A stretch of 62,679 nucleotides of DNA from Chitinophaga pinensis (GCA_945865315.1 CAMBDK010000003.1:1-62679); one strand, 5' to 3'; shown: positions 36,420 to 48,900, counted from the first letter of the stretch. Program-made: numbers and translations. The notes: generated by a model not told the origin, from the letters alone.

Positions 36420-39400
36420 ATGAGCGAAAAGATATTAATAGCCTTAATGCAAATGTTTTCAATTATTGCCAAAGTAGATGGCATTAATGATATCGGACGC
36501 TTAATTGTGCAGTCCTTTTTGAAACAACAATTAAATCAGGCTTTAGTAAGCAAATACCTTGCAATATTTGATGAGTTTTTGGAGGCGCATCATCAAGTAA
36601 CTAAAAGAAAAGACGGTTCGGCAAAACGAACCTCCCTTAATTCGGTTAAGGTATTAAAAATTTGCACCCAGATAAATGCCGAGCTTACCCAGGTTCAAAA
36701 AATTGTTGTTCTATTACGCCTACTCGAATTCATCAGCTCTAACGAAGAAATCTCCGAACAGGAATTAGAATTTGTTACAACGGTTGCCGAAACATTTAAT
36801 ATAGCTGATGAGGAATTTAAACGCTGTATGAATTTTGTTCAAGCAAAAGGAAACATAATTTCCGACTCTTCAAAAATTTTAATAATTGATAGCGAAAGCT
36901 CCCATAATTTTATAGATGCTAAACATATTTATGCCGAAGGGATAGATGGAAATGCCCGTGTATTATGGATTTCTAGTGTTAATATTTACGTGCTTATTTA
37001 TTTTGGGAAAAGTGATTTATACCTTAATGGGCAGGTTTTATTTCAGGGGAAAGTGTTTATTTTCACCCCCGGTTCTTCTATACGCAGTTCAAAAGTAAAT
37101 CCTATCTATTATAGCGATATTTTAAGCTCATTTATGAGCGATACAAATAAAGCAAAAGTTTCATTTGTTGCTAAAAACCTCGAATTCAAATTTGCTGGCG
37201 GCAAGCTGGGCTTAAGGGATATTAATTTCAGTGAGGAGTCTGGCAAGCTCATAGGTATTATGGGGGGCTCTGGCGCAGGAAAATCAACCCTGCTCAATGT
37301 TTTAAATAGTAATGACAAGCCTAGCTTCGGTTCTGTAAAAATTAACGGCATTAACATACACACCGAAAAAAATAAAATTGAAGGGATCATCGGTATGGTT
37401 TCCCAAGATGATTTATTAATTGAAGAGTTAACCGTTTTTCAGAACCTTTTTTATAATGCCAAACTTTGCTTTGGCGATAAAAGCGACGAAGTAATTTCCG
37501 AAATGGTGAAAGAAGTTTTAACAAACATTGGTTTGATTGAAACCCTAAATTTAAAAGTAGGTAGCCCCTTAGAAAAAACCATTTCTGGGGGACAACGCAA
37601 ACGTTTAAACATAGCTCTAGAATTAATTCGCGAACCAGCTGTTATGTTTGTTGACGAGCCTACGTCAGGCCTTTCATCAAGAGATTCTGAAAATATTATG
37701 GACTTGCTAAAAGAGCTTGCCCTAAAAGGAAAACTGGTTTTTGTAGTAATCCATCAGCCTTCGTCTGACATTTTTAAGATGTTTGACAAATTGATGATAC
37801 TTGATGTTGGCGGTTACCCTATTTATTATGGAAATCCGGTAGATTCCGTAATTTATTTTAAAACCCTAGTAAATCATGCAAACTCCGACGAAAGTGAATG
37901 CGTAGTATGTGGAAACGTTAATCCAGAGCAGGTTTTTAATATTATCGAATCCAAAGTATTGGATGAGTTTGGTAATATTACTCAAAATCGTAAAATTTCA
38001 GCCAAAGAATGGAATGAAAGTTATAAAAACAAAATTGAAAAAAAGGTTGAAGATATAAGTAATGTTCTTGAAATGCCTCAAAGCAGGTTTAAAGTACCTA
38101 GTAAATTAAAACAATTTAAAGTATTTGTAACCCGCGATGTATTATCAAAACTAACCAATACCCAATACTTATTAATTAATTTCTTAGAAGCGCCTATACT
38201 GGCTTTCATTCTTGCATTCCTTGTTAAGTATTTTAATACCGATTTATCTAATAAGGTAGGCTATGTATTTCGCGAAAATGAAAACTTACCTGCCTACGTC
38301 TTTATGGCTGTTGTAGTTGCTCTTTTTATAGGCCTAACAGTAAGTGCTGAAGAAATTATTAGAGATCGAAAAATTCAAAAAAGAGAATCCTTTCTTAATT
38401 TAAGTAAAGGAAGTTACTTGTGGTCGAAAATTACCATCATGTTTGTTTTGTCAGCAATCCAAACCTTCTTATTTGTTATGGTTGGCAATTCTGTTTTGGA
38501 AATTAAGGGCATGTATTCTGAATATTGGCTCGTATTATTTAGCTCCTCCTGCTTTGCAAACATGCTCGGACTAAATATTTCTGCTAGTTTTAATTCCGCC
38601 GTTACTATTTATATATTGATTCCTTTTTTAATTATCCCTCAATTATTATTGAGTGGTGTAATTGTGAAATTTGATAAGTTAAACCCAAGTATTTCATCTC
38701 AAAATTTCGTGCCCTTTACAGGAGAAGTAATGACCTCCAGGTGGGCTTTTGAAGCACTTGCCGTGAAGCAGTTTAGGGATAATAAATTTAATAAAGACTT
38801 ATATAAATTTGACAGAGGAATAAGTATATCCATTTATAAAAAAGATTATTGGCTGATCGATTTGATGAAAAAAATAGATTTTTGCGAAAATAGCTGTAAA
38901 AATGGCACACAAAAGCAAGAAGTTATTGCCGCATTAAAAATGATAAAAAATGAAATTAATAAAGAATTAACTCTTTTAGGAAAAGAAAACCTAAGTTTTG
39001 ATGGCTTATCCAATTTAAAAATAGAAACATTCACCCCTTTGGTTGCCAAAGATATTCGAGATTTATTAGCCACACTGAAAGTTCACTATATTAATAATTA
39101 TAAAAGATATAGCGATGCGAAAGATAAAAAGGTAGCAAAACTAAATAAAGACAGCTTGTCTCAAGTAAATTATCTGCAAATTAAAGATGATTACGAAAAC
39201 GAAAGCATGATAGATTTGGTGACCAACAGAAATTCCTTCTACAAAATATTAGATTTAAATGGGGCGTACATACAAAAAACAAACCCTGTTTATCTTGACC
39301 CTGTTGAATCTAACTTTGGCCGAGCTCATTTTTTTGCTCCCCGTAAGAAATTTTTAAATAGGTATTATGATACCTTTGTGTTTAACTTGTGCATAATTTG

Positions 39401-39512
39401 GGGAATGTCATTAATATTAGGGCTTACCCTCTACTTTGACATTTTAAAGAAATTTATTTCCTTTCTCGAAACTGTTTTCAGCAAGCTCGGCAAAAAAAAT
39501 ACTGCCTTATAA
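36420..39512 (+). CDS. ABCG-like (ABC-2 type) transporter with fused ATPase and permease, N-terminal TerB-like and FHA-like modules, and a long C-terminal extension
   Basis: It has Walker A GGSGAGKST, signature ISGGQRKRL and Walker B VMFVDEPTSGLS, with a 6-TM ABC-2 block around aa 580-760 and a final TM near the C-terminus. The N-terminus has TerB-like helices (LMQMFSIIAKVDG...ISEQELEFVTTVAETFNI), followed by LYLNGQVLFQGKVFIFTPGSSIR, which looks FHA-like. Confidence 0.8.
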   Translation: MSEKILIALMQMFSIIAKVDGINDIGRLIVQSFLKQQLNQALVSKYLAIFDEFLEAHHQVTKRKDGSAKRTSLNSVKVLKICTQINAELTQVQKIVVLLRLLEFISSNEEISEQELEFVTTVAETFNIADEEFKRCMNFVQAKGNIISDSSKILIIDSESSHNFIDAKHIYAEGIDGNARVLWISSVNIYVLIYFGKSDLYLNGQVLFQGKVFIFTPGSSIRSSKVNPIYYSDILSSFMSDTNKAKVSFVAKNLEFKFAGGKLGLRDINFSEESGKLIGIMGGSGAGKSTLLNVLNSNDKPSFGSVKINGINIHTEKNKIEGIIGMVSQDDLLIEELTVFQNLFYNAKLCFGDKSDEVISEMVKEVLTNIGLIETLNLKVGSPLEKTISGGQRKRLNIALELIREPAVMFVDEPTSGLSSRDSENIMDLLKELALKGKLVFVVIHQPSSDIFKMFDKLMILDVGGYPIYYGNPVDSVIYFKTLVNHANSDESECVVCGNVNPEQVFNIIESKVLDEFGNITQNRKISAKEWNESYKNKIEKKVEDISNVLEMPQSRFKVPSKLKQFKVFVTRDVLSKLTNTQYLLINFLEAPILAFILAFLVKYFNTDLSNKVGYVFRENENLPAYVFMAVVVALFIGLTVSAEEIIRDRKIQKRESFLNLSKGSYLWSKITIMFVLSAIQTFLFVMVGNSVLEIKGMYSEYWLVLFSSSCFANMLGLNISASFNSAVTIYILIPFLIIPQLLLSGVIVKFDKLNPSISSQNFVPFTGEVMTSRWAFEALAVKQFRDNKFNKDLYKFDRGISISIYKKDYWLIDLMKKIDFCENSCKNGTQKQEVIAALKMIKNEINKELTLLGKENLSFDGLSNLKIETFTPLVAKDIRDLLATLKVHYINNYKRYSDAKDKKVAKLNKDSLSQVNYLQIKDDYENESMIDLVTNRNSFYKILDLNGAYIQKTNPVYLDPVESNFGRAHFFAPRKKFLNRYYDTFVFNLCIIWGMSLILGLTLYFDILKKFISFLETVFSKLGKKNTAL

Positions 39513-39874
39513 GTTATCTACCTTTAAAACCTCATTTTTTTCCCTTGCTCTGGAATTAAAAAAGCAGGCTTTCTATGTGGTATTTATCTTAACAAACTTA
39601 GGTATAATCGGCTCAAACCCCTCCGACAAAAGCTCTAGATAAACTCCGGCCGCCATAACTCCTCCTTCGACTTCGCTCAGGACAGGCTCAGCCTTTTCTG
39701 GCTCACGCGCCACTTCTTTAAAGCATGTTTTTACAATATTTTGTCTACCAATTTAACAGCAAATATTAAGGAAAAAAATAGCGGTTTTTTATAAGAAAGC
39801 GATGATAGTTTTTTATCAAAATTTATTTTACCGTTATTAAATACTATATTCGCAATTCAATAATATGGAGACCG

Positions 39875-42145
39875 ATGTCAAAAATTAGAAAGAACGAAGC
39901 ATTAGATTATCATTCACAAGGCAAGCCAGGGAAGATTGAAGTTGTTCCAACTAAGCCGCACAGCTCCCAGCGAGATCTTTCATTAGCCTACTCCCCGGGA
40001 GTAGCAGAGCCTTGTTTGGAAATTGAAAAAAATCCTGAAGACGTTTATAAATACACAGCAAAAGGAAATTTGGTAGCCGTTATATCCAACGGCACCGCTG
40101 TTCTTGGGCTTGGTAACATAGGGGCTTTAGCTTCAAAGCCTGTTATGGAAGGGAAGGGCTTGTTGTTTAAAATATTTGCTGACATCGATGTATTCGATAT
40201 TGAAGTGGATGCAACCGACATCGATTTGTTTGTAAACACCGTAAAGGCAATCGCCCCTACATTTGGAGGTATTAATTTAGAAGATATTAAATCGCCAGAA
40301 TGTTTTGAAATTGAACGCCGATTAAAAGAGGAGCTAAATATTCCTTTGATGCACGACGATCAGCATGGTACTGCTATTATATCATCCGCAGCATTGCTAA
40401 ATGCCTGTGAAGTAGCGAAGAAAAAAATTGATAAAGTAAAAATTGTGGTTAACGGAGCAGGCGCATCGGCAATATCCTGCGCTAAGCTATACCTTGCTGT
40501 AGGTGCAAAAAAAGAAAATATTGTGATGCTCGATAGCAAAGGGGTTTTAAGTACAAGTAGAAAAGATTTAGATGAACAAAAAAAATTCTTTGCATCCTCC
40601 ACTTCAAAAGCAACAACACTAGAGGAAGCAATGAAAGATGCCGATGTATTTGTAGGGCTTTCTAAAGGCAATATAGTAAATCAAAAAATGATACAATCGA
40701 TGGCAAAACGCCCAATTGTATTTGCATTGGCTAACCCCGACCCCGAAATCCCTTATGCCGATGCCATAGCTGCGCGTCCCGATATTATTATGGCAACAGG
40801 TAGAAGCGATCACCCTAATCAGGTGAATAATGTGCTAGGATTTCCATTTATTTTTCGTGGTGCTTTGGATGTGCGAGCAACACAAATTAATGAAGCAATG
40901 AAATTGGCGGCAGTTTATGCCATTGCAAAGCTTACAAAAGAGCCCGTTCCCGATGCCGTTAACTTGGCCTATGATTCTAAAAATATTTCATTTGGGCCTA
41001 ATTATATTATTCCGAAACCTCTCGATTCCCGCTTAATATATACAGTGGCTCCCGCTGTAGCAAAAGCTGCCATAGAATCGGGCGTTGCGCAGCATATCAT
41101 TAATGATTGGGATGCCTATAAACAAGTATTGATTAACAGATTAGGCCTTGATAGTAAACTTATCAGAAGCCTAACCAATAAAGCGAAACAAAATCCTAAG
41201 CGTGTTGTATTTACGGAAGCCGATAATTATAAAATTTTAAAAGCAGCACAACAAGTATATGATGAAGGCATTGCAAAGCCTATATTGTTAGGTAATGTGG
41301 ATAAAATTAGAAAATTAATTGAAGAAAACAATTTGGATTTAGGCGATATCCCAATAATTGATTCAAGAGGGTCTTTGGAAGAGGGTAGAAGAGCAATTTT
41401 TGGTGATCTGTTTTTTAACAAACGAAAACGAAGAGGCTTTACGGCCTACGAGGCAAAAAAAATAATGCGGGAGAGAAATCATTTTGGAGCAATGATGGTG
41501 GAGACAGGTGCTGCCGACGCAATGATTTCGGGGCTAACTCGTAAATATGGCGACCCTATAAGCACTGCATTGCAAATTATTGGTGTGCAAGAAGGAGTAA
41601 ACAGAGTAGCCGGCATGTATATTCTTAATACAAATAAGGGGCCCTACTTTTTTGCTGATACCACAATGAATGTTAACCCCTCGGTTCAGGATTTGGTAGA
41701 TATAACAGTGCTTACAGCTAATAGTGTTAAACAATTTAATATTACGCCACGCATTGCATTATTATCATATTCAAATTTTGGTTCTGCCGAAGGGGAATTG
41801 CCTAATAAAATGAGAGATGCAACAGAAATTCTGCATAAAAATTATCCGGGAATGATTGTAGATGGAGAAATGCAAGCCAATTTTGCTCTTAACAACGATT
41901 TGTTAAAAGAGCAATTTCCATTTTCTAATTTGGTGGATAAAAAAGTAAATACACTCATTTTTCCTAACCTGGCATCGGGCAATATCGCTTATAAATTAAT
42001 GCAGGAATTAGGGGGTGCCGAAGCTATTGGGCCTATTCTAATTGGGATGAAGAAGCCAGTTCATATATTACAATTAGGAAGTTCTGTGCGCGAAATAGTA
42101 AACATGATAATAATTGCTGTTGTTGACGCGCAATCAAGAAAATAA
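39875..42145 (+). CDS. maeB: NADP-dependent malic enzyme (malic enzyme domain plus C-terminal phosphotransacetylase-like domain)
   Basis: LSLAYSPGVA, GLGNIGALASKPVMEGK, DDQHGTAI and VNGAGASAI are present, plus a ~330-aa PTA-like C-terminal half. The total length of 756 aa is typical of MaeB. Confidence 0.9.
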   Translation: MSKIRKNEALDYHSQGKPGKIEVVPTKPHSSQRDLSLAYSPGVAEPCLEIEKNPEDVYKYTAKGNLVAVISNGTAVLGLGNIGALASKPVMEGKGLLFKIFADIDVFDIEVDATDIDLFVNTVKAIAPTFGGINLEDIKSPECFEIERRLKEELNIPLMHDDQHGTAIISSAALLNACEVAKKKIDKVKIVVNGAGASAISCAKLYLAVGAKKENIVMLDSKGVLSTSRKDLDEQKKFFASSTSKATTLEEAMKDADVFVGLSKGNIVNQKMIQSMAKRPIVFALANPDPEIPYADAIAARPDIIMATGRSDHPNQVNNVLGFPFIFRGALDVRATQINEAMKLAAVYAIAKLTKEPVPDAVNLAYDSKNISFGPNYIIPKPLDSRLIYTVAPAVAKAAIESGVAQHIINDWDAYKQVLINRLGLDSKLIRSLTNKAKQNPKRVVFTEADNYKILKAAQQVYDEGIAKPILLGNVDKIRKLIEENNLDLGDIPIIDSRGSLEEGRRAIFGDLFFNKRKRRGFTAYEAKKIMRERNHFGAMMVETGAADAMISGLTRKYGDPISTALQIIGVQEGVNRVAGMYILNTNKGPYFFADTTMNVNPSVQDLVDITVLTANSVKQFNITPRIALLSYSNFGSAEGELPNKMRDATEILHKNYPGMIVDGEMQANFALNNDLLKEQFPFSNLVDKKVNTLIFPNLASGNIAYKLMQELGGAEAIGPILIGMKKPVHILQLGSSVREIVNMIIIAVVDAQSRK

Positions 42146-42286
42146 AAGTTATAATTAATGCCCCATTCATATTCAACACTTTTGGGTGCTAATAAATAGC
42201 TGCTTGTGATTTTTAGAAGGGGGCCCTAAAAGCGCTTCCTATGGCATAAAAAAGCATCTCTTTACAGATAAAAAACAGACAGTAAA

Positions 42287-42874
42287 ATGATTTATCACAT
42301 TGAAGGAAAATTAGTTGAAAAAACACCAACTTATGCGGTTATAGATGCTGCAGGGGTAGGTTACGTCATGCAGATTTCGTTAAATACCTTTTCGAAAATT
42401 GGGGATACTGAAAAATGTAAATTATTTACCGAACAAGTTTATGTAAGGGATGACATGCCACGATTTTTTGGTTTCATGGATATTGCCGAACGAAATTTGT
42501 TCAGGCAGCTCGTTTCTGTATCGGGTGTTGGAGGTACAAGTGCTTTACTAATGTTGTCGTCCTTGAGTTCTGAGGAAATACAAAATGCGATTGTTACAGG
42601 CAATGTTACACTCCTTAAAAGTGTGAAGGGGATAGGTGAAAAAACGGCACAACGAATTATTGTAGATTTAAAAGATAAAATGGGCAAAGGGCCTGTTTCA
42701 TCTGATTTTTTCTTATCATCGCACAATATTTTAAAGTCGGAAGCGTTATCTGCTTTGGTTATGCTTGGATTTAACAAATTGTCGGCGGATAAAACACTTG
42801 ATAAAATTATTAAAACAGAAGGAGCAGGACAGTCAGTGGAACAATTAATAAAGTCAGCTCTCAAAAGTCTTTAA
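42287..42874 (+). CDS. ruvA: Holliday junction branch migration complex subunit RuvA
   Basis: It has MIYHIEGKL, two helix-hairpin-helix motifs (LVSVSGVGGTSAL; KSVKGIGEKTAQRI) and a C-terminal domain III. Confidence 0.9.
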   Translation: MIYHIEGKLVEKTPTYAVIDAAGVGYVMQISLNTFSKIGDTEKCKLFTEQVYVRDDMPRFFGFMDIAERNLFRQLVSVSGVGGTSALLMLSSLSSEEIQNAIVTGNVTLLKSVKGIGEKTAQRIIVDLKDKMGKGPVSSDFFLSSHNILKSEALSALVMLGFNKLSADKTLDKIIKTEGAGQSVEQLIKSALKSL

Positions 42875-42975
42875 TTGCTCGCTTTTATTTAATCTCCTTA
42901 GGAGAGGAGGAACAAACAAATTTTTAAATAAATATATATGGAATAAAACTACAAAAAAAAGTTTAATTGTAAGTT

Positions 42976-45900
42976 GTGGCAAAAACCGGCACTAAATATT
43001 TATTTACTGGAGCATTTTCTGTTGGATTACTCTCTCTGTTCTTTAGCACTAACGCAAGGATTAATCTCTATAATCCTAGCGTAAGTTACAATGCGCATCA
43101 GTTTGCAAAAAAAAATATATTAAATACCTCTGATGTTTTTATAAACGAAGAATTAACATATTCTAAAATTCTTCCTTTTGCAATTGATACCCCGCAAACC
43201 GATACAACAATCAACCTTAAATATGATTTTGCCGATCAATCTGCAAACGACCCATTAAATTATCCCAATTCGGGCGGATTAATGCTTAACAACCCCTCTA
43301 ACGTTAATACTAACGTAGAATACGATCCAACTAGCGGTAATTTTAATATCGATCAGAAAATGGGTGGCGCCAATTATCGCCCCCCTACTTATATGGATAG
43401 TGAAGAGTACCAGAATTATATTTTTAAAAAACAAGTAAAAAAATATTGGAATACCCGCTCGGATGCCGAAACACAAAACAATCAGGCGCAGAATAAACCT
43501 ATCATTCCCAAGCTGAATGTAGGGGGGGAGATTTTCGATCGTATTTTTGGAGGCAATACTGTTGATATCCGACCAAACGGATCTGCTGAATTAATTTTTG
43601 CATATAACGGTACCAAAACCGAAAACCCCGCTATTCCTGTAAGAAATCGTAAAGTAAACACCTTCGACTTTAATGAAAGGATTCAGTTAAATGTAACAGG
43701 TAAAATTGGCACCAAATTAAACTTAACAACCGCCTATAATACAGAAGCCATGTTTGATTTTGAAAATCAAATGAAACTCGGTTATGCTGGTGAGGAAGAT
43801 GATATCCTTAAAACTATTGAAACGGGTAACGTTACAATGCCATTAACAGGGACCTTAATTACAGGCAGCCAAACACTTTTCGGGGTTAAAACTAAATTGC
43901 AATTTGGCCGACTAACTGTTACTGGATTATTGTCGCAGCAAAAAGGTAAGAAATCGGAAGTGGAAGTGGCTGGTGGGGCGCAGATAAGCAAGTTTGAAGT
44001 ACTTGGAGACGCCTATGAAGTAAATAAACATTTTTTTATATCGCATTATTTTCGTGATAATTTCAATACTGCATTAGCAGGATTGCCTTTTATTAACTCT
44101 GAAATAAATATTAATCGCATTGAGGTTTGGATTTTAAATACCAATACTTCTACTAATGATATAAGAAGTGTGGTAGCTTTTTCTGAATTAGCCGAAGGAT
44201 CCAATCATATTCCATCGGATCAAACCTACCTGAATGATATGGATCCGGGGAGCCTCCCTTTTAATGGGCAAAATAATTTATATAGTAACATTATCGCCGA
44301 CTCGGTTGTTAGAACCATTAATACCACTATTTCCAGGCTAAATACCCTCTCGTCAAACACACTTAAACAAACTATAAACTATGAGTTAATTGCTTCTGCA
44401 CGTAAATTGCAGCCATCAGAATTTACATTAAACCCAAGACTAGGATTTGTTTCCCTCAACCAACAGTTAAACCCGGATCAGGCCCTTTCCGTAGCTTATC
44501 AATACACCCTTAATGGACTTGTTTATCAAGTTGGAGAGTTTTCTGATGGCGGTATTAGTGCACCTAAGGCGCTGTATACTAAAATGCTGAAAAGTACAGC
44601 CATAAATACAAAGCATCCTATGTGGAATTTGATGATGAAAAATATTTATTCTATCGGTGCTTTTCAAATTAATCCACAGGATTTTAAATTAAATATTATG
44701 TACAATAATTTGCAGACAGGCACGGATATAAATTATTTGCCTGTACCAACTGCAGAAACAGGCATTCAGGGAAAAACGCTAATACAGTTGTTAAATTTGG
44801 ATAGGATCAACCAACAGAATGATCAATTAGCCGATGGTGTTTTTGATTTTATTGATGGGGTAACCATTAATGCGAACAATGGTCGTGTTATATTTCCTGT
44901 GGTAGAGCCTTTTGGAGATTATTTACGATCCAAATTTATTCCCTCGGGAACTCTTGCAAACAGTTATGTGTTCGACCAGCTGTATGATTCTACAAAAACA
45001 ATCGCTCAGCAATTTCCTCAGCTTAACCGGTTTAAATTAAAGGGGTCCTACTCCTCCTCCTCTGGCTCCGACATATCCCTTGGCGCACCCAATGTGCCGC
45101 AAGGGTCGGTAACGGTTACAGCAGGAGGTGTAAAGCTTACCGAAAACCTAGATTATACAGTAGATTATACATTGGGACGCGTGAAAATTATTAATGACGG
45201 CGTTTTAAATTCGGGAACACCCATTAAAATTGCATTGGAGAGCAATGCTTTGTTTGCCATTCAACAGAAAACTTTAATGGCTACCCACCTTGATTTTAAG
45301 ATAAATAAGGATTTTAATGTAGGAGCAACGGTAATGAATTTAACGGAAAGACCCTTAACGCAAAAAGTAAATATTGGTGATGAGGCAATAAGAAATACGA
45401 TTTTTGGTTTCGAAGGGAATTATAGAGCGGAAGCGCCGTTTATAACTCGTTTCATTGATAAGATTCCGTTTCTTGAAACAAAAGCTGTTAGCACCATAAC
45501 AGCCGCTGCCGAATATGCATACCTAATTCCTGGACACAGCAAAGCAATTGGTAAAAATGGTAATTCATACATTGATGATTTTGAAGGTAGCCAGTCAACA
45601 ATAGATTTACGATCACAAAGCTCCTGGGTGCTGTCGAGCACCCCTCAAGGACAGCCAGCTTTATTTCCCGAAGGTAATTTGGCAGATAGCTTGGCATATG
45701 GCTTTAACCGCGCCAAACTAGCTTGGTATGTTATTGACCCATTATTTTTGCGCGAAACAACCGGCCTTACTCCTGCAAACATTTCAGAGGATGATATGTC
45801 TAATAATTTTGCCCGTGAAGTAGCTGAAACGGAGGTTTTCCCTAATAAACCCATTCCTAATGGAATACCCCCTAATGTAGCAACTTTTGATATGGCATAT

Positions 45901-48900
45901 TATCCAAATGAACGAGGGCCCTATAATTATGAAACGGCACCTGTTCCAGGAATATCTTCAGGATTGGACGCTAATGGAAATTTAAATGATCCGGAAAAAA
46001 GATGGGCCGGAGTTATGCGCTCCATTCAAACCAATGATTTTGAAGCCGCAAATGTGGAGTATATCCAGTTTTGGGTGATGGACCCTTTCAATACGGATAA
46101 TGCAGGGGGACAAACACCCCTTAATGCTACCGGATCAAGTACAACTGGTGAATTGTATTTTAATATCGGAAATGTTTCTGAGGATATTCTGCGCGACAAC
46201 TATAAAAGTGCTGAAAATGGCTTGCCTACAACGGTTAATCCTGCCGCTACAGTAAATACTGATTGGGCTATCGTGCCTTCTGTACAGCCGCTTTTAAATA
46301 CTTTTAACAACGATCCTGTCGAACGACCTTTTCAAGATGTAGGATTGGATGGCGTAGGGTCGGGGACAGCAATTACAGAGCAAAGTTTTTTTAGTAATTA
46401 TCTTAATTCCTTGCAAGGCGTTGTTTCGGCTGGCGCCGCCGCTGCAATTTCTGCCGACCCTTCAAATGACGACTTTCATTATTTCCGTGGTTCTGATTAT
46501 GACAATGCGAATGTTAAAACAGTGAATCGGTATAAAAATTTTAATGGGATGGAAAACAATTCCCGTACCACAGAGCAATCCCCTGAAAGCTACCCTACTT
46601 CAGCTACTTTAACGCCTAATATTGAGGATATAAACCGTGATAATAATTTAAGCACGGTAGAAAGTTATTACCAATATCATATCAGTTTAAAGCCAAGTGA
46701 TTTTGCTTCGGGCGTAGGGACTAATTATATCACTAATGTGTATTCTACCTCTGGCCAAAACATAAAGAATGGGGCCGCCAAACCTATCACCTGGTACCAA
46801 TTTAGAATCCCTATTAAATCGCCGGAACGTAAGGTAGGGTCTATTGAAAACTTCCAATCTATTCGTTTTATTAGAATGTTTTATAAGAATGTTGATAAAC
46901 CAATTATATTACGTTTTGCTCGATTAGAATTAGTGCGCAGCGAATGGCGCAAATATGGTTTTGATTTAATACAGCCAGGTATTTACATTCCAAACGATGA
47001 AGCGAATACCCTTTTTGATATTTCTGCCGTTAGCATAGAGGTGGATGGCAGTAAACAGCCAGTAAACTATGTGCTGCCTCCCAATATTAACCGACAAATA
47101 AATGCAGCATCGGCAAATTTAATTGCTTTAAACGAACAAGCCATGTCCCTTACTGTTTGTAATTTAAAAGATGGGGAATCGCGCGCCGCATTTAAAAACA
47201 CCTCCTTGGATGTTCGCTCCTATAAAAAACTTCAAATGTACTTTCATGCCGAACCTTCAGCAAATACAAGTGAAAATTTAAATAATAACGACCTTCACGC
47301 TTTTATTCGCTTGGGTACCGATTATACAGACAATTTTTACGAATACGATATTCCTTTATTGGTAACTGCTCCCGGTAATTATAACGGAACCAATACCGAT
47401 GATCAATACAAGGTATGGCCCGAAGCAAATGACATGGTTTTAGAATTTAGTAAATTACAAGAGGCGAAATTGGCTCGTAATAAAAGTGTTGGGAATACCA
47501 GCTTTTCCGAATACTTTGTAATGGATGGAAATAGGAAAATTACAGTGAAAGGTAATCCTAATTTAAGTGCCATCAAAACAATGATGATAGGTATAAGAAA
47601 CCCTAAAAAAGCTGGAACAGATGGTTCCGATGATGGCTTGTCGAAGTGTGGCCAAATGTGGGTGAACGAATTGCGGCTAACGGATTTTGAAGAAGGGGGG
47701 GGCGGTGCCGCAACGGCAAGGGTTACAGCTAAGCTTGCCGATTTTGGAACATTGTCACTTGCTGGGAATTATTATGCTCCCGGTTTCGGAAGTTTAGAAA
47801 ATAAGGTAAGCGAGCGTAAACGCGCTACTTTAAAGCAATACGACATTACATCCAGTTTTGAACTTGGAAAGTTTTTGCCAACCGACTTTAATGTGCGTGT
47901 TCCTATTTATGTTGGGCTTTCCGAAACATTTATTACACCACAGTTTAATCCACTTGACCCAGATATTCTTTTAGATCCTTTGCTAGAAGATCCAACAATT
48001 ACTCCCGCTGAGCGTGCGGCATTAAAAGTTGCCACCCAGGACTATACCAAACGAAAGAGCATTAACTTTACTAATGTAAAAAAAGAAAAAGGGAAAGGGT
48101 CTAAAAAAAGCCATATTTATGATATCGAAAACTGGGCAGCATCTTACTCTTATAACGAGCTTTTTAAGCGAAATGTGAATCTAGAATACGATTCAACAAG
48201 AAACCATAAAGCGGGATTAATATATAGCTTTGCCCCTAGCCCAAAAAATTTCAAGCCCTTTGGTAAAACAAAATTATTAAAGTCGAAAAATTTGCTTTTA
48301 ATAAAAGACATCAATTTTTATCTCTTTCCAAATAAACTAGGGTTTTCTACAGACATAGAACGTGCATACAATACAGCTAAAGTTCGTGATATAACTTCAG
48401 AAGAAATGCTTATAATACCCACATACAATAAACGATTTGTGATGAATAGGAATTACGATTTGAAATTTGATTTAACAAAAGCCCTTAAACTTGATTTTGT
48501 TGCTACAAATGAATCTCGCGTGTTAGAACCACCGGGAGTAATCGACACTTTTGAAAAAAGAGATACCCTGAAAAAAAATTTTTTGGAAGGAGGAAAAACA
48601 ACACAATACAACCATCAGTTTAATGTAAACTATACAATACCCATAAACAAGCTCCCATTGCTTGATTTTACAACCGCTTCAGTTAGATATACCGGAACGT
48701 ATAATTGGGTGCGCGCTCCATTTAAAGCAGATTCCTTGGGTAATATTATTCAAAACTCTCGCGTGATATCATGGACAGGAGCAGCAAATATGGTAACTCT
48801 TTATAATAAAGTTCCATACTTTAAAAAAATTAATCAAAACTCAAATAAAAAAGCCATTGAAAAAGGAGGTATAAAAATTCCGGCGATAAAAGTCCCAATA

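Noticed and set aside
42439-42864. A 141-aa minus-strand ORF inside ruvA. Similar long antisense ORFs occur at 32771-33223 (in upp), 61040-61471 (in cysS), 22279-22698 (in the T9SS cargo gene), 11060-11371 (in tauE/safE) and 40360-40671 (in maeB).
   Set aside because: Each is entirely contained within, and antisense to, a gene with unmistakable family motifs. None has a recognisable domain.
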